This document shows positions 39,397 through 49,328 of a stretch of DNA of 64,000 bases, piece by piece. Numbering within the stretch: the first letter of the stretch is position 1; each line of letters opens with the position of its first letter. Location: the sequence record MN106245.1. One strand, 5' to 3'. The DNA is from Klebsiella phage EI. The notes beneath the pieces were generated by a model. That model did not search any database and was not told the origin of the DNA. It saw only the letters and a list, made by a program, of their open reading frames with translations. Position numbers and translations under genes: made by a program.

Positions 39397-39743
39397 CTGG
39401 TCGCTTCCTGGAGCTCTCTAGCGAACTCATTAAATGGATCGTTTACTATTTCTTTTACTGCTTTAGGGTCTACTAATTCAGCTTCACGCTTTTTATTAGC
39501 GGTCAAGGTTTTATCTTTTGCATTACGAGCATCGATAGCAGCCTTGTTCTTTTCTGTAAGAGCTTGGATACCTTGCAGCTGTGTAGCAATAAGATCAATC
39601 TGCAGCTGCTGAGCTTTTGCTACACCTTCAGTCTGGGCTACTTGTTCTTTGAGCGTATCTACGCGATAACTCAGGTACTTTGTAGTACCAAATAGACCTG
39701 CAATTAGTAGACCGACTATAATGTAAATTTTTAGTTTAGACAT
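39393..39743 (-). CDS. i-spanin (PseT.3 equivalent)
   Basis: 116 aa; N-terminal transmembrane helix (IYIIVGLLIAGLFG) followed by a coiled-coil periplasmic domain. Confidence 0.75.
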   Translation of the reverse strand: MSKLKIYIIVGLLIAGLFGTTKYLSYRVDTLKEQVAQTEGVAKAQQLQIDLIATQLQGIQALTEKNKAAIDARNAKDKTLTANKKREAELVDPKAVKEIVNDPFNEFARELQEATR

Positions 39744-40240
39744 AACTTTTTGATTACCTCAACAATCTCATCACGAGACAAGTTGTTGACGAGAATATGC
39801 TTAGGAGCTTTGTCTACCTGGATTTTATAGCCGTCGAGTTCAAGGGCCATATCCTCGCTGGTTTTATACAAATGCTTAATACCTAAGCGATTGAACTTGT
39901 CAGAAAGAGGATCACAAATAATGTAGCATTTATGACCATTCAGATGAACATTAGGCTGGGTGATATTGATTTTCACTTCAGCCCAGTACTTAGTCAACTG
40001 ATTTTCAAGAAATGAATGCATTTCTTCTACTGCGGCCGGCATTGCTTCTCGGCGTTCTTCGGCTTGCTTAGTTGAATACTGTTTTTGCTTAAACTTAGTA
40101 GCCAGTTTTCGACCCATGGTAACGCGCAAGTCCGTAATGAATCCAAGTTTCTTTTGGCCTTTATAAACATAGATCCCGTCATGAGAAGTACCTTCGAAGT
40201 GAGCAACAACGTCATCATTAGAAATGGTTTGTAGGTTCAT
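39731..40240 (-). CDS. alc: Alc (inhibitor of host transcription)
   Basis: 169 aa; ...HFEGTSHDGIYVYKGQKKLGFITDLRVT.GRKLATKFK.KQYSTKQAEERREAMPAA.EEMH.FLENQ... matches T4 Alc. Confidence 0.9.
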   Translation of the reverse strand: MNLQTISNDDVVAHFEGTSHDGIYVYKGQKKLGFITDLRVTMGRKLATKFKQKQYSTKQAEERREAMPAAVEEMHSFLENQLTKYWAEVKINITQPNVHLNGHKCYIICDPLSDKFNRLGIKHLYKTSEDMALELDGYKIQVDKAPKHILVNNLSRDEIVEVIKKLCLN

Positions 40241-40298
40241 TTTGGTTCCTCGTTTGTTGGTATATGGGTATCATAACACGAACAAACGAGGTTGTAAA

Positions 40299-41483
40299 CT
40301 ACTCTTCAACCATTTTGATTTCTTTACTATAAAGAGCAGGCACGTATTTGGGCCAGACCTTCAAGAAGGCCTTTTCAATACCTTTAACAATAGCTTCAGA
40401 GCTCATAGTACCTGAGTACATCTGCATCATAAGGCTGAACAGTTCAGGCTTACCATTTTTTGTGGCTGTTTCCTGGCCTTTGATGGCATAGTCTTTACGG
40501 TCTCGCCCGCGCATGGCGTCGTAGTAACCTTGGACTTCTAGCAGTGCACTAGACAAATACTGGATATACTCGCTTTCAAACGCTGCAATTTTAGAGACAG
40601 CATAAGTATCACCATCAAACATGGCGCGAAGGTCATCAGCGGCACCACCTACGATTGCTTCATACAGACGTTCATTAGAAGTAATCGAGTCTTTAGTATG
40701 GTGAAGCAGACAGTACCAATCAGTTTTAAGCTTGAACCACTGGCCGCTTTCAAGAACAGCAATGTAGCCTTCAATGCCTTCTGCTTTGCGAGTTTCTTTG
40801 ACCCAGGCTTCACCGTCATCAATTACGTGAGAAGGAATTAGATACTGGCGCAGAACAGCATCGGCATAAAGGTCAGCATAAGGAACATACTCGCCGGTAT
40901 CGTTATGACGCACGTTCAGCAGGAAGATAGTTGGCTCTTCATAATATAAAACAACACGGTTGTTTGGGGCTGCGTATTCTAAGTTAAACGTATAGCCTTT
41001 AGGCGCCAGTTCTTCCATCTTAAGATACAAAGGAAGGTACTTATCTTGGTACAGAAGACGTTCGGCAGCAAAAGCCTGCTCTGAAGTAGTAGAAGTTTTA
41101 GATTTCACAAGAACTTTATCGCCTTCGCAATAAGTCGAAATCAAAGAACCATCGGCCTTATCCATAACGTATTGGATTTTAGAAAGATCTAAGTTCATCG
41201 TCAATGGATTTTCGTTCAGATTAAAGAACTTTTCCATAGGGCGAGAGGCAATGCGGACAGGGCCGTTGTCGTCCATCTCGAACATAATGCCACGGGCTTC
41301 CAGAGCGCCGTCTAAGAGCCAATCACTGTACGAGGCATAGTGATAGCTGAAGATACGGAACTTAGTCCCGTAGCGTCCCGTAACATCTTTATAAAAGAAC
41401 TTAGAGGCTTCAGTCTTATCGCAGACCGCCATGAGATTATCGTATAATTCGATCATTTCTTTATCCTGTGTTGGGTGTTCCAA
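40299..41483 (-). CDS. rnlA: RNA ligase 1 (RnlA, gp63)
   Basis: 394 aa; ...FRIFSYHYASYSDWLLDGALEARGIMFEMD...VRIASRPMEKFFNLNENP... matches T4 Rnl1. Confidence 0.95.
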   Translation of the reverse strand: MEHPTQDKEMIELYDNLMAVCDKTEASKFFYKDVTGRYGTKFRIFSYHYASYSDWLLDGALEARGIMFEMDDNGPVRIASRPMEKFFNLNENPLTMNLDLSKIQYVMDKADGSLISTYCEGDKVLVKSKTSTTSEQAFAAERLLYQDKYLPLYLKMEELAPKGYTFNLEYAAPNNRVVLYYEEPTIFLLNVRHNDTGEYVPYADLYADAVLRQYLIPSHVIDDGEAWVKETRKAEGIEGYIAVLESGQWFKLKTDWYCLLHHTKDSITSNERLYEAIVGGAADDLRAMFDGDTYAVSKIAAFESEYIQYLSSALLEVQGYYDAMRGRDRKDYAIKGQETATKNGKPELFSLMMQMYSGTMSSEAIVKGIEKAFLKVWPKYVPALYSKEIKMVEE

Positions 41484-41869
41484 GGTGGATTGAACTTTTT
41501 GATGAACATAGGTTCCTCAAGATCCATAGTCGAAATCGACATCTCACCAAGTTCATTGTTAATGAGTAGGTTGAAACACTGACGTGCATAGAATTCAACC
41601 TTCTTACCGGATATTAACGCGTCAAAAATTTTAGCAGATTTGACAGAATCTGAGTTCGTGTCTCGTCTGTTAATCGATGTCCGGTAGTAATTGATACGTT
41701 TGCGAAGATTCTTAGTTTTACCTATGTAGACTAGTTCATCATCGACCGCTATGGCGTATACTACATTAAATTTGTTTGGTACCTCCAGCTGCTTTATAGT
41801 ACAGTCTGATTCATCTAGTTCTAGACTAACATACTTAATGAAGCTAAATTCATCTGCGATTTCTTTCAT
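41453..41869 (-). CDS. denA: endonuclease II (DenA)
   Basis: 138 aa; MKEIADEFSFIKY...NVVYAIAVDDELVYIGKTKNLRKRINYYRT... is near-identical to T4 DenA (GIY-YIG fold). Confidence 0.95.
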   Translation of the reverse strand: MKEIADEFSFIKYVSLELDESDCTIKQLEVPNKFNVVYAIAVDDELVYIGKTKNLRKRINYYRTSINRRDTNSDSVKSAKIFDALISGKKVEFYARQCFNLLINNELGEMSISTMDLEEPMFIKKFNPPWNTQHRIKK

Positions 41870-41876
41870 ATAACAA

Positions 41877-41892
41877 AGGGGCCGAAGCCCCT
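41877..41892 (-). terminator. UUCG-tetraloop hairpin (- strand transcript) between nrdB and denA
   Basis: + strand aggggc-cgaa-gcccct. Confidence 0.5.
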
Positions 41893-41896
41893 ATCC

Positions 41897-42399
41897 TTAT
41901 AAAGATTTGCGAATTCTGGCCAGTACTTCAGAATCCACATCGTTATCGATTTGGGCTACAAGATAAGAAGAGATTTCTACTTCTTGTGGGGCAGATTGTA
42001 CTGTATCACTATTTAAGTATTCGCGAATCCATGGAATAGGATGGTGAGTACTTTCAAGAATGATAGAGCACGGCAGCCCGACAGCCTTCATACGAGAAAC
42101 AGTAAGATAATCAATAAACTTGTGTAAGATCTCAACATTAAGCCCTGGAAGACCGCCAGCACGGAAAAGATGGATGGCCCAGTCTTTTTCCTGCTGATTA
42201 ACTTCCATGAAGATACGAACAGCTTCTTCTTCGCATTCTTTTGCTACTTGGACCCATTCGTCGCCATCAGTACCAAGTTGCCATTGACGAATCTGGTACT
42301 GGGTTCCTTTAAGATGGAGCTGTTCATCACGAGCGATGAACTTCATAATCTTAGCATTGCCTTCCATGATTTCCATATTCTTATGGAAATTGAATGTAC
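41897..42399 (-). CDS. nrdB: ribonucleotide reductase small subunit NrdB, exon 2
   Basis: After splicing the junction reads ...RFYVSFA|CTFNFHKNMEIMEGNAKI... (T4: ...[21 protein letters not shown]...); the rest matches the NrdB C-terminus. Confidence 0.85.
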
Positions 42400-43489
42400 C
42401 GTTATGTTCGATTGAGCTCGCTAATTCTCAACCCGTTCTCTTATGAACTGCTGCATATTACTATGCAGACCAGACTATATCACAATCCCGGAGGGATTCT
42501 CCCCATTTCGAGTCGCTTGACCCTACGTCCGAAGACTAGTCGTTGAACCTTGTTTTGCAATTGTCGCCGTGCCATCGTTTATATGTTGATGGTGATAAAT
42601 CTTTCTTATCACAGTATGGACAATTCAATTGAATTCTATTTGGATTTAATTTACATCTGTCATTATGTTTTAGATAAAACCCAGGACCTTTACCAATGTG
42701 ACCACAAAAATCACATGTGATTTCTTTTTGTGCAGGATGGGTCCAGTTCTTAACCATTTCTAATGTTTTTGCTGATGTTCTTTTCTTATGGTCTTCTGAT
42801 AAGAAATGATGTGAACCGTCATTTACCCGTTTTGATTGGGTTTCTGACTGCATTTTACCACCGCAAAATACATGGGTACCTTCTTTTATAGCTGCAATAT
42901 TACGTTCTTTAACTTTTGCAATATGCTCAGCTTGTTGAAAATTATGTATACCTAATGCAACTCTATTTAAATTAGATTTACGCTGTATTTCACCATCTAA
43001 AAGATGAAATGTACCATTTTCTATCTTAGATTTAATAGAGGCAATATTTTTAGCTCGTACTTCAGGGATATTAAAAATCTGAATTTCTCTAGATTTTGCG
43101 GCTTTAGAAGCTAATTCAGAAATTTCTTCAGGAGAATATTTCATTCTAAGCTTTATAGCATGACAAGCCTGGTAATCTTTTTGAGCTAAATGTATATCAT
43201 AATGTTCCTGTATAGAAAGGCACATCAAATTATCTAAATCATTATTTTCACGGTTACCGTCTTTATGATGGATTTCGTATGTTCTTCCATCAGAATCTTT
43301 AGGTATAGGTCCGTTAGCATCTATCCAAATTTTTCTATAGTTTCAATTGTGCATCCTCTTAAAAGCATAATCATTTTATATTATACTAATTAAAGGTGCA
43401 AGCAAAACCTTGGCTGCTAGTTTTCCATAAAGGACTTTCCAGCAATTAAAGGAGTTTTCGATAAACGTTACCGTTTAAAGGCGCATTTT
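42400..43489 (-). mobile_element. group I intron in nrdB (1090 nt) carrying an HNH endonuclease ORF
   Basis: 5' splice site after the U of ...gcgU; 3' end ...gaacauaacG; the 3' core (aacgacuagucuucggacguagggucaagcgacucgaaa...gauauagucugg) is closely similar to the td intron 3' core in this window. Confidence 0.85.
42536..43374 (-). pseudogene. I-TevIII-like HNH homing endonuclease in the nrdB intron, N-terminally frameshifted
   Basis: HNH motif ...YEIHHKDGNRENNDLDNL... plus C-terminal Cys/His zinc clusters. The ATG at 43374 (MIMLLRGCTIETIEKF) is in a different frame from the HNH-containing frame, which opens after a TGA at 43343-43345 and has no ATG until MCLS at 43225; the frames switch near gaaaaattt. 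Confidence 0.7.
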
Positions 43490-44129
43490 ACGCAAAAGAT
43501 ACATAAAAACGAATAGCTTCAAGAGCGTTCACTACATGCATGCAAAGGTACATTGCCTTCATCAGGTCATGCTTGGCTTGTTTAATCTCAATATTATCCG
43601 GATTAAAGCAACGTTCTTGAGCATTCTGGTACCGACGATGGGCTTCAGTAACCGCATCATAGTAAACACCGATTGATTCAGCCCGTTTCATGATGGCTTT
43701 GTCGAGAACAATTTCGTCGAAGACCTTAGCCGGATCAGTGAATAAGTTACGCATAATATGCGTATAAGAACGAGAGTGAATTGTTTCACTGAATGTCCAG
43801 GTCTGGAACCAAGTATCAAGGCTCGGATCAGAAATCAACGGGGCAAATACTGCTGAAGGGGCACGGCCTTGAATCGAATCGAGAAGACTTTGATACTTCA
43901 GGTTATCTGTAAACAGGTTCTGTTGGTGCTCTGGCAGCTTTTCAAATTGCCCACGGTCCATCATTAGGTTGACTTCTTCCGGACGCCAAAAGAATGACAG
44001 CTGCTTTTCAATAAGGTCTTCAAAAACTTTATGTCGCTGCTGATCATATCGTGCAATGCCTAGTCCTGAACCAAGGAACATCGGTTCGGTCATGATATCT
44101 ACTTGCTTGGTGTTAAAAACTGTTGTCAT
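43490..44129 (-). CDS. nrdB: ribonucleotide reductase small subunit NrdB, exon 1
   Basis: 213 codons with NrdB di-iron radical-site character; ends ...EAIRFYVSFA at the splice site. Confidence 0.9.
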
Positions 44130-44297
44130 TTAGAATCCTTGAATTTGCATTTATCATAATGCCAACGAAGAGCATTACCTTGTTAACTTTTTACCACAGT
44201 GAGGGCCTGGTGGGTACTCAGCAGACGATGAAGAGAGGCGTAAAGCCTCTCCACTAAGCTATCATATATTTTTTTGATAATTCGTGCAAGTACTATA

Positions 44298-46553
44298 CTA
44301 CAACTTACAGGACGAACATTCTTCTGCTGAAGGCTGTTCAATTTCGTAATCATCTGTACCGGACCCATCACGAGTATTATGGTAATAAGCAGTCTTACCA
44401 CCAAGAGACCAAAAATACAGCATATCACGAATCATCACAGACATAGGAACCTTGCCTTTAGGGAACACCGCCGGGTCGTAACTAAAGTTGGTAGAAATAC
44501 TTTGACAAACAAACTTCTGCATAATAGCCGCTTGCGTCAAGTAACCTCTCATACCACGTTTGGTCATACGCCACAGATAATCGTATAAATCGATGTTGTG
44601 TTCGATATTCGGCACGACCTGATTAAATGAACCTTCTTTAGATTCTTTAACACTTACCGGCCCGCGCGGAGGCTCAATACCGTTAGTAGAGTTGGATACC
44701 TGGCTAGATGATTCGCATGGCATTAGTGCAGAAAGGGTGCTGTTACGAATACCGTACTTAACCAAGTCTTCCCGCAACGACGCCCAGTCACAAACATAGT
44801 TCGGCGCCACAACGGTGTCAACGCGTTTGTTGTACCAGTCAATCGGCAGTTCGCCGCGGGACCAGCGAGTTTCTTCGAAATAATCGCAGCGACCTTTTTC
44901 TTTGGCCAGTTTAACTGATGCCGTAATAAGTCCGAATTGAAGCCGTTCAAATAGTTCATGGGTTAAATCATTAGCATCATCATAAGTAGCAAAGTTAGAA
45001 GCAAGGAATCCGGCATAGTTCGTTACACCAATACCTAATGCACGACGCTTTTTAGCTTTCAGAGCCTGATGAACAGGATAACTCTGGTAATCTAAAAGAT
45101 TGTCAAGTGCACGAACCATGATTTCAGCTAGAGTATTCACTTCATCTTGGTCTTGATAATCAAAGCTATCCAATACAAATGCGGCTAGAGTACACAAGGA
45201 GATTTCTGGGTCATCGCCGCCAACGTCCTTAGTAGGCAATGCAATTTCACAGCAAAGGTTGCTCTGCTTAACAGGAGCAATCTCAGGGATAAATGGGCCG
45301 TGTTTATTAACGTTATCGTTAAAGAATGGGTAGATCCTTGCTGTACCAGCACGTTCTGTAAAGAACAGTTCCCACAGTTCAAGAGCCTTGATGCGTTTCT
45401 TACGAATTGCTGGGTTCTTTTCTAATGACTCGTACAGTTGTTTGAATTTTTCTGGGTCGCCGAAGTAAGAAGTGTACAATTCGCCATTTGCAACATCTGG
45501 GCTGAACAAAGTAATGTAATCATCATTCAGAAGACGTTCAATCATCAGGTCACCGATCTGAAGGCCGTAGTCCATATGACGAATGCGGTTCTCATCGATA
45601 CCTTTATTGTTTTTCAGAACAAGTAGGTTTTCAACTTCTAAGTGCCACATCGGATAGTACATAGTAGCCGCGCCACCACGGACACCGCCTTGAGAACAGG
45701 ATTTCACTGCAGTCTGGAAGTGTTTCCAGAACGGAATAACACCAGTGTGTTTTACTTCACCTGCGCCGATCTTAGAACCTTCAGCACGAATCATACCACC
45801 GTTGATGCCAATACCAGCACGTTTAGAAATATACTTGATGATTGAGTTAGCGGCTTCATTAATGCTATCTAAAGAATCGCCTGCTTCAATAACCACGCAA
45901 GAACTAAACTGCCGTGTCGGAGTACGAACACCTGCCATAATCGGAGTTGGTAAAGAAATCTGACGCTTACTTACTGCATGGTAGAAACGAACAACGTGCA
46001 GCAAACGATCAGTAGGTTCATCTTGGTGCAGACACATACCAATCAGCATAAAGGCAAACTGAGGCGTTTCGTAGATTACACCTGTACTACGGTTCTTAAC
46101 GAGATATTTCTCTTTAAGCTGCATAGTCCCTGCATAAGTCAGTTCGAAATCTCGGTTGTGGTCGATAATGGTGTCAAGATAACCGATCTCTTCTGCTGAG
46201 TACTTAGACAAGATTTCCGAGTCGTATAGACCTTCGTTAACAACACGAGTGATATGATCAATGAACGCGGGAGGCTCGAACTGACCGTATACGTCTTTGC
46301 GGAGCGCAAACATAGCCAGATTAGAAGCAACATATTGATAGTCCGGTTCATTAATAGAGATACTGTTAGCAGCAACTTTAACACAGGCGATTTGGATATC
46401 GCGAGTACTCATGTTGTCAACAATATAAGGCTTAATGCGATCGTACAATTCGTACGGGTCTACTGAGGTATTAGCTGTAGCCCAAGTAAGAACTTGGATA
46501 ATTTTATTTGGAGTGAAAACTTGGCTGCAGCCACTGGATTTTACTACGTTCAT
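44298..46553 (-). CDS. nrdA: ribonucleotide reductase large subunit NrdA
   Basis: 751 aa; class Ia RNR alpha collinear with T4 NrdA (ATP-cone region, active-site Cys loops, C-terminal CxxC tail ...ECSSCKL). Confidence 0.95.
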   Translation of the reverse strand: MNVVKSSGCSQVFTPNKIIQVLTWATANTSVDPYELYDRIKPYIVDNMSTRDIQIACVKVAANSISINEPDYQYVASNLAMFALRKDVYGQFEPPAFIDHITRVVNEGLYDSEILSKYSAEEIGYLDTIIDHNRDFELTYAGTMQLKEKYLVKNRSTGVIYETPQFAFMLIGMCLHQDEPTDRLLHVVRFYHAVSKRQISLPTPIMAGVRTPTRQFSSCVVIEAGDSLDSINEAANSIIKYISKRAGIGINGGMIRAEGSKIGAGEVKHTGVIPFWKHFQTAVKSCSQGGVRGGAATMYYPMWHLEVENLLVLKNNKGIDENRIRHMDYGLQIGDLMIERLLNDDYITLFSPDVANGELYTSYFGDPEKFKQLYESLEKNPAIRKKRIKALELWELFFTERAGTARIYPFFNDNVNKHGPFIPEIAPVKQSNLCCEIALPTKDVGGDDPEISLCTLAAFVLDSFDYQDQDEVNTLAEIMVRALDNLLDYQSYPVHQALKAKKRRALGIGVTNYAGFLASNFATYDDANDLTHELFERLQFGLITASVKLAKEKGRCDYFEETRWSRGELPIDWYNKRVDTVVAPNYVCDWASLREDLVKYGIRNSTLSALMPCESSSQVSNSTNGIEPPRGPVSVKESKEGSFNQVVPNIEHNIDLYDYLWRMTKRGMRGYLTQAAIMQKFVCQSISTNFSYDPAVFPKGKVPMSVMIRDMLYFWSLGGKTAYYHNTRDGSGTDDYEIEQPSAEECSSCKL

Positions 46554-46849
46554 AGATCCTCTATAGTGAATTCATCTTTGAATAATTTGTTAACCACCTG
46601 AGCAATTATATCACCATGACATGGCTTAGGTTTACATGTGCATCCTAGACGCATTCCACGTAAAGTCTCAAGATGCTCCTTTTTGATTACTCCGGTTCTG
46701 AGTTTATTATAAAACTCTTTCTTAAATGCAAGAATAGCAGCCTCACGACTGCCAGCATTCTTACCTACCTCGTTCCCCCACATAGTACCTCGATGAATGT
46801 TTACATCGAAGTCGGAGTGGTATTTATTCACTACACGACAGATCTTCAT
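46550..46849 (-). CDS. DUF4326-like protein (nrdA.1 position)
   Basis: 99 aa; ...RGTMWGNE...GCTCKPKPCHGD... is the pattern of the DUF4326 family. Confidence 0.5.
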   Translation of the reverse strand: MKICRVVNKYHSDFDVNIHRGTMWGNEVGKNAGSREAAILAFKKEFYNKLRTGVIKKEHLETLRGMRLGCTCKPKPCHGDIIAQVVNKLFKDEFTIEDL

Positions 46850-47052
46850 GTGATATCAACTTCGAACCAGCAAATTAATTCACTTTTACCAGAGGTCCAC
46901 TCGTATGATTTAGTAATAGACAGGACCCTTTGTTCTATTTTATCAAAAACTACCGTGTCATTAATTTCAGGCAACTCAATAGGAGACGTATCAAACATTT
47001 CGCCTAATATAGTTTTAGATTGGTGCCTATTACGGACAAATCTGATATTCAT
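46846..47052 (-). CDS. hypothetical protein (68 aa, nrdA.2 position)
   Basis: ORF with ATGA overlap to the downstream gene. Confidence 0.4.
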   Translation of the reverse strand: MNIRFVRNRHQSKTILGEMFDTSPIELPEINDTVVFDKIEQRVLSITKSYEWTSGKSELICWFEVDIT

Positions 47053-47270
47053 TCACAGACCCTTAATGCAGCTTCTAGAACTTCTATTAAAGAACGAGCA
47101 TGGTCTTTATTGATTTCAAAACCAAGCCCGGGAGTATTCATCTTAAGACGAATCCTATTACAATAGTTTAGGATAAACCACTGCTTGGATTTTCTCCCAG
47201 TGGTTATCTGTAACGAATTCTATCTTAACCTGGTGAAGCTTATCACCAGTGTTAGTGTCTTTTCGTTTAA

Positions 47271-47582
47271 TCATACTGCCATCTTAGCTGTGATAGCTGG
47301 GTGACTTTTGTACCCTTGAAGTTTGAAGTCTTTATGAGACATAGATGTAGTGACCCAATCCAATTGAGTCTCTGTCGGCCAGTTTTCAAAATTACTAGGC
47401 CAGGTAATTTCTAAGTTACAAAGTTCTTTAGGTTCACGTCTCAGAACTTCTTCGCACTGTTCCATATGGTTCATATAGATGTGCGTATTGCCGCCTGAGA
47501 ACACGAGGTCGCCTGGAATAAGATTACACATCTTAGCAACAATATGCACAAGAGCGGCGTACGACGCAATATTAAACGGTAG
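47271..47582 (-). CDS. td: thymidylate synthase Td, exon 2
   Basis: Begins LPFNIASYAALVHIVAKMCNLIPGDLVFSGGNTHIYMNH... immediately after the intron-terminal ...CAUAAUG. Confidence 0.9.
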   Translation of the reverse strand, partial: LPFNIASYAALVHIVAKMCNLIPGDLVFSGGNTHIYMNHMEQCEEVLRREPKELCNLEITWPSNFENWPTETQLDWVTTSMSHKDFKLQGYKSHPAITAKMAV

Positions 47583-47897
47583 CATTATGTTCAGATAAGG
47601 TCGTTAATCTTATCCCGGAATTATATCCAGCTGCATGTCGCCATGCAGAGCAGACTATATCTCCAACTTCTTAAAGCGAAGTTGTCTATCGTTTCGAGTC
47701 ACTTGACCCTACTCCCTAAAGGGATAGTCGTTAGGCATTTATGTAAAACCGATTCCACTTTTCATAAACACCTCTTTAAAATATAGAAGTACTTATTAAA
47801 TGGAGGTCCTACAATTTAGCACGGGATTGTCTACTAGAGAGGTTCCCCGTTTAGATAGATTACAAGTATAAGTCACCTTATACCCAGGCCTAAATTA
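47583..47897 (-). mobile_element. group I intron in td, short (315 nt) and ORF-less
   Basis: 5' end uaauuuaggccuggguauaaggugacuuauacuuguaaucuaucuaaacggggaaccucucuaguagacaaucccgugcuaaauuguagga...; 3' end ...ccuuaucugaacauaauG; much shorter than the 1016-nt intron of T4, with no endonuclease ORF. Confidence 0.9.
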
Positions 47898-48446
47898 ACC
47901 TAAGAACACGTCAACAGAACGTTGATACCACTGTAAGTCGAGGTACCCATTACGAACGTTGAATTGATAAAAACAGTGGCATGGTGGAAGCGCCATCTTA
48001 TCGATTTCAGCCGGGTTCCAAGCAGAAACAATTTGCCGACGATCTGTAGGCATCTGTTTAATACGATTAATGACTAATTTCAACTGGTCAATACCGCCAA
48101 AATCACGCCATTGCTTGCCATAAACAGGGCCTAAAGCACCGTCCATATAACCTAGTTGACGGGCTTGAGTCTCGTAGTTCTCGTCCCAAATAGTTTTGCC
48201 TTCGTCTCGAGAGCCATGAGTACGTTCACGAAGATCGTCAACATTAGTAGAGCCTGACAAGAACCAAAGCAGCTCAGAGATACAAGCTTTCCAGGCCAGT
48301 TTTTTAGTTGTTACTGCCGGGAACCCACGAGTTAAATCAAATCGAATCTTCGTGCCGAAGACGGCGCGTGTTCCAGTTCCGGTACGGTCATCAGTGTCAT
48401 AGCCGTCAGTAAGAATGTGTTTAATTAGATCTTGGTATTGTTTCAT
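47898..48446 (-). CDS. td: thymidylate synthase Td, exon 1
   Basis: MKQYQDLIKHILTDGYDTDDRTGTGT...PPCHCFYQFNVRNGYLDLQWYQRSVDVFLG ends in-frame with a stop exactly at the intron start. Confidence 0.95.
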
Positions 48447-48628
48447 TAGTCCATCCAGGAATAAGAAGATTCATAACGAGGATATTTTGGTTTATATCCT
48501 AGCTTAATCATTTGTTTTGCTTTTTTAGTGAACCCTAGAGAACGCTCACCTTTATCTTGTTGACGTGGAGTCATCGGCCCCTTGATGCATCTGCCGACAA
48601 ATAAAAAGTACCATTGCATTAGGTACAT
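48446..48628 (-). CDS. hypothetical small protein translationally coupled to td
   Basis: 60 aa; its TAA stop overlaps the td ATG as TAATG. Confidence 0.45.
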   Translation of the reverse strand: MYLMQWYFLFVGRCIKGPMTPRQQDKGERSLGFTKKAKQMIKLGYKPKYPRYESSYSWMD

Positions 48629-48657
48629 CTTTAACTTTAAGTTTATTGCTCATTATT

Positions 48658-49023
48658 CTACTCTGCGCATGGTTTAAAATTAATTTCTGAGCCCTGTTTA
48701 ACGAACCGTCCGGTAATAGAGAACTTAGACCCATTATACGGCAGAATTCCATTAGCAATTAATACCAGAGTGAATCTGGTATTCATAAGAACAGAAATAA
48801 CTACATTAGGCGCCAGCCTGACACGGATACCTTCATCACGGCTCCAAATAGCATTAGGGTCCAGTTCGAAATCAAGCTGATAAAGACCGTGCTCAATTGT
48901 ATTATATTTGCCAGGGTTACGTTTATATTGCTCTATGGTAGGAGCATTACCTTCAATAACCAAGGCCCAGTTCTTTTGGACCTTATCAGCTTCAAGTAAA
49001 GTCAGTTTCATATGATTTCTCAT
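48658..49023 (-). CDS. hypothetical protein, paralog A of a tandem pair between frd and td
   Basis: 121 aa; shares MKLTLLEADKVQKNW / HGLYQLDFEL / GRFVKQG blocks with the adjacent 94-aa ORF. Confidence 0.5.
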   Translation of the reverse strand: MRNHMKLTLLEADKVQKNWALVIEGNAPTIEQYKRNPGKYNTIEHGLYQLDFELDPNAIWSRDEGIRVRLAPNVVISVLMNTRFTLVLIANGILPYNGSKFSITGRFVKQGSEINFKPCAE

Positions 49024-49043
49024 GTTCAGGAGAAAAATACAGC

Positions 49044-49328
49044 TTAGAAGCCGTGTTTAACAAATCTACCGTAGATAGATGCTTCACCGTTTTTAACTTC
49101 AATGTTTTTAAGCTCGACTGCTTTAAGCCACTGCTCAATTTTGTAAGTTAGGGTAAATGACGGGGCCCCTTTGATTTGCCGAACAGTTGTTTCTGTTCCG
49201 TATGCAGAAGAAAGCTCTTCTAGAGGAACTTTAAGTTTATAGATGCCATGCTTCATATTAAAGCGTTGCCACTTTTTCTGAATAACATCTTCTTTAACTA
49301 GAAAAATTTTAGCCACGGAATTCACCAT
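49044..49328 (-). CDS. hypothetical protein, paralog B of a tandem pair between frd and td
   Basis: 94 aa; KIFLVKEDVIQKKW / HGIYKLKVPLEEL / GRFVKHGF. Confidence 0.5.
   Translation of the reverse strand: MVNSVAKIFLVKEDVIQKKWQRFNMKHGIYKLKVPLEELSSAYGTETTVRQIKGAPSFTLTYKIEQWLKAVELKNIEVKNGEASIYGRFVKHGF

Noticed and set aside
44183-44428. 81-aa - strand ORF overlapping the 3' end of nrdA and the nrdA-nrdB spacer
   Set aside because: It overlaps the conserved NrdA C-terminus in another frame; the spacer instead holds a gagaggc-gtaaa-gcctctc hairpin. It is treated as non-coding
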